A stretch of DNA of 62,233 bases, counting the filler, from Choristocarpus tenellus KU-1152 (Eukaryota > Protista > Phaeophyceae): the NCBI GenBank assembly GCA_964200185.2. It is 8 parts of 8 records of this genome, joined end to end, with 100 filler letters (N's around TTAATTAATTAA, not from the genome) between each part and the next. Parts side by side here need not be neighbours in the genome. Positions count along the whole stretch, not along the records: positions 59,520 to 62,233 come from CAXNAD020025374.1; 7 more parts are not named here. One strand, 5' to 3'. The notes beneath the pieces were generated by a model that saw nothing but the letters and a program-made list of their open reading frames with translations, ran no database searches and was not told the DNA's origin. Positions 62,041 to 62,233 of this stretch are shown one piece after another (positions within the stretch are counted from its first letter, which is position 1; every line of letters starts with the position of its first letter). The translations under genes and the position numbers were made by a program.

Positions 62041-62233
62041 GCAAGATGGACATTCCAAGGTCCTTTAATCTGTTTTTGGGGGGAGGGAGGCCCTTCTGGA
62101 CCTCGATTTTAAGTGGAGATTGCAGATCAGCAATATCGTATCTGTGATGTATACACCCCTCCCCCCACCCCCCCCCCCCCCCCCCTACCCCCCCCCTCCC
62201 CGCCCCCCCCCCCCTCCCACCCCCTTACTGTCT

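Overview
Eukaryotic, intron-rich genomic DNA, most likely a brown alga or related photosynthetic stramenopile. This is inferred from ~0.1-1.7 kb GT/GC-AG introns, TTAGGG repeats and a brown-algal-style tandem CBM32/F5/8C-like secreted protein. The window is not contiguous: eight contigs (1-30038, 30139-33543, 33644-36807, 36908-46158, 46259-50537, 50638-56154, 56255-59419, 59520-62233) are joined by artificial 100-nt N44-TTAATTAATTAA-N44 linkers, so adjacency between contigs means nothing. Almost all ORFs in the supplied track are spurious or single-exon fragments. By manual splice reconstruction I find: (1) a 5'-incomplete, 26-exon Patched-type RND/sterol-sensing-domain gene (1880-25382, +, 909 aa visible, all exon phases consistent); (2) a complete 7-exon gene for a 317-aa secreted protein with two tandem CBM32/discoidin-like domains (38268-40743); (3) partial genes for a kinesin-3-type FHA protein, an AP2-domain protein, a NAP-family protein and probably a myosin. 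Mobile DNA comprises a PIF/Harbinger-like MITE family with 3-bp W-N-W target duplications (one proven by an empty-site comparison), a pogo-like transposase remnant, probable piggyBac remnants and several minisatellites. The most intriguing element is a degenerate ~4 kb minus-strand reading frame with Chapa-type and RING-like zinc-finger remnants, an architecture shared by Chapaev transposases and the RAG1 N-terminus. No rRNA, tRNA or CRISPR array is supported.
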